In this document: positions 61,909 to 64,000 of the stretch, piece by piece
How the letters are laid out: every line of letters starts with the position of its first letter
Position numbering within the stretch: the first letter of the stretch is position 1
Source of the DNA: Mustelus asterias
Taxonomy: Eukaryota
Direction: 5' to 3'
DNA length: 64,000 nucleotides
Assembly: GCF_964213995.1 (NCBI RefSeq)
Contig: NC_135810.1
Coordinates: 63,426,001 to 63,490,000, forward strand
Notes under the pieces: model-generated
What the model saw: only the letters and a program-made list of their open reading frames with translations
What the model was told of the DNA's origin: nothing
Database searches by the model: none
Translations under genes and position numbers: made by a program

Positions 61909-64000
61909 ACTCTCTTTTTTTTTCTTCTTCGACGAGAGTTTATTTACAGCAAATAAAATTGATGCGCGTTATCATACACGAGGCTAGATGCTCAGGAAAT
62001 AAAGGCTTTTATTTGCTGTAACAAAGCAGCTACCAATTATATACACGATCCCAGACTGAGGGGTCCCAGCTAGAGCAGGGACCTTTATACCTCTCCCAGG
62101 AGGCGGAGCCCGACTGGGATGTACCACAATACTACAATACAAAGGTGTAACAACCCCACCCTAACCCCAACAGCAACAAGTAGAACAACCCATCCCTAAC
62201 CCCAACAGCAACATATATACATACTTGTAGTACTGGCCAGACCCTGGCTCAGTACTATCTAGTGGGAACCAACGATGGTTCACCACAGCCTCTCAGCTTG
62301 CCACTTAGCTCAGCCCCTGGCCGCACCCACCTTGCTCATTCTTATAATTTACCCCGCAATCTACAACTGGCACTTCTTTCCCTGCTGATGGTGAAAGTCA
62401 CAAAATCACCCTATTGATTAAATCTTTAAGCATAAAGCTTTGGAACGCAGCTATGTTCTTTTCTGGTTCAAGTAATGATTGACTCACTCTGCAGTTCCAG
62501 CATCTCTGACTGGAAATTTCCCAGTCTCATAAAGGTGACTTAGGAGGTGCGGAGTCTGGGAATTTTAGAAACTGAGGGCCAAATGTTTGCTCCTGTTTTG
62601 ACAGGAAAATTCCCAGCTCTGCCATTCCAGCATTTAGAATTGCTGCCCACAGGTCAGATTTTCACTTTTGTGTGGAAGGCCTGTCTCTGTATTCTGGCAG
62701 TGTGTTAAGAAAAATTTCACCCCTCACCTCTTCAGACTCCGCACATTCATGTCAACCTATGCCATCTCATGTCCCTCACCCCCCATGGCCTCTCATACCC
62801 CTTACATCAACCCTTCTGCCTACTGGCTATTGACACCCTTTATGCTACCCATATTCTCATGGCCTTTTATAGTCCTGAAGCCAACAGTGCCAAACCATGC
62901 CCTTTCCTGCCACCCTTTTCCCTTACTGCCTCCAAACCAACTTATCTAGTATTTTTTGACAGTCCCTTGACAGCTTGACAGATCTTTGTCAGCTTCAGTA
63001 AGTTTCAATGTGTTTACACATATTTTGTGCACAATCATATTAATTTTAACAATCTCAAAGGGTGCCTTTCCTCCCAAAAGGGTCCCAGGGCCAAATCCAA
63101 AGGGGTACTTTATTTCAGCAAAGGGGTAACTTGGCCATCCAAACAGATCAACCAAGTTAAGACCACCTCTTACCTGGTCTAATCTGCACACTCCAGGCTT
63201 TACATTCCTGGTCTACCATAATCCCATCTGGTAATTTAAATGGCCAGCAAACCATGCATACACTAATCCTGGCCCAACCCCATTCCTGCCCTTTGCGAGA
63301 ATGGAACAGACTGTGCTCAGGGACAGGATTTAGAATTTCCAGCAATTTCTGGGATTCTCATCACAAGAGTCTCAGAGAGGCTCTCCATCGTGGTGAAAGT
63401 CTGGGCCTAAATCATTGGCACACTTTCTTATGAATTTCCCGGATGTATGAGGGCAGCAGCAATGGCAATGTGCCTAGCGTCAACGGCAGTTAGTTAAGCC
63501 AATTAATGAGGTGTTTAGCAGGTTTTTGTAAACGGATTGCAATTTTTCCTGCATCGCATGGGCCTTCCACCATGTCCACAACCATGGTTAAATGAAAGGA
63601 GCTGGCTGCACCGTGGGATGTGGCGGCTGGTTTACACATGAGTGAGTTTTAAATAATGCCAACAAAAAATGACAAGGCTGAAATTGTCTCATCTCACACA
63701 CTTGCTGCTGAGTGTGGAATTCCTGGAGATGGATGTCCCTGATTGCAATGAGCCTCACCCCTGATGCCGATGGTGGTTGTACAGCTCCCCTGAAACTCCT
63801 GCTCCTTGGGCCTCAGCAGCCTTCCCCTTGGGAAGCTACATTATTGTGCTCACTTCATCATCTTCTGACAATATATATTTTAAATGCTTGCACTTGCAAT
63901 GAGTTTAATAAATGGTATTGCAATTCAAATTCTCTTCAATATCCTCAGGCACACTCACAAAGAGGTAAATATTTTCAGGAATTTAGGTATCGGGTCACTA

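Larger units (their letters stand above)
57535..62287 (-). mobile_element. Full-length Ty3/Gypsy LTR retrotransposon, copy 2
   Basis: LTRs at 57535-57861 and 61960-62287 (4 substitutions plus 1 indel), TSD GCCTC, PPT. Confidence 0.98.

Noticed and set aside
40755-62287. Segmental duplication or misassembly explaining the two Gypsy copies
   Set aside because: The TSDs and flanks differ, and each copy's two LTRs share diagnostic variants absent from the other copy.

Overview
Eukaryotic, repeat-dense sequence that is intergenic or intronic. It is most likely from a shark or ray, inferred from HE1/V-SINE, Deu-SINE, LF-SINE-like and (CATAGAAA)n-tailed CR1 repeats. I recognise no host protein-coding exon, and most short ORFs in the track are spurious readings of repeats. 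Main content: (1) two near-intact ~4.76 kb Ty3/Gypsy LTR retrotransposons of one family (40755-45523 and 57535-62287, both minus strand, 5-bp TSDs, LTR pairs ~98.5% identical), plus a truncated relative at 35283-35980; (2) older Gypsy relics and solo LTRs; (3) many CR1/L2 LINE fragments and one Tx1 fragment; (4) SINEs; (5) PIF/Harbinger-like non-autonomous elements, one with an intron-containing Myb/SANT gene relic; (6) Penelope-type hammerhead motifs; (7) a tRNA-Glu pseudogene. The best candidate for an unusual system is the Gypsy family. It has no tRNA primer-binding site, but a 14-15 nt tract after the 5' LTR is complementary to its own LTR (possible self-priming). Its RT has YLDN instead of YxDD in both copies. 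Family names come from recalled motifs, not from database searches.
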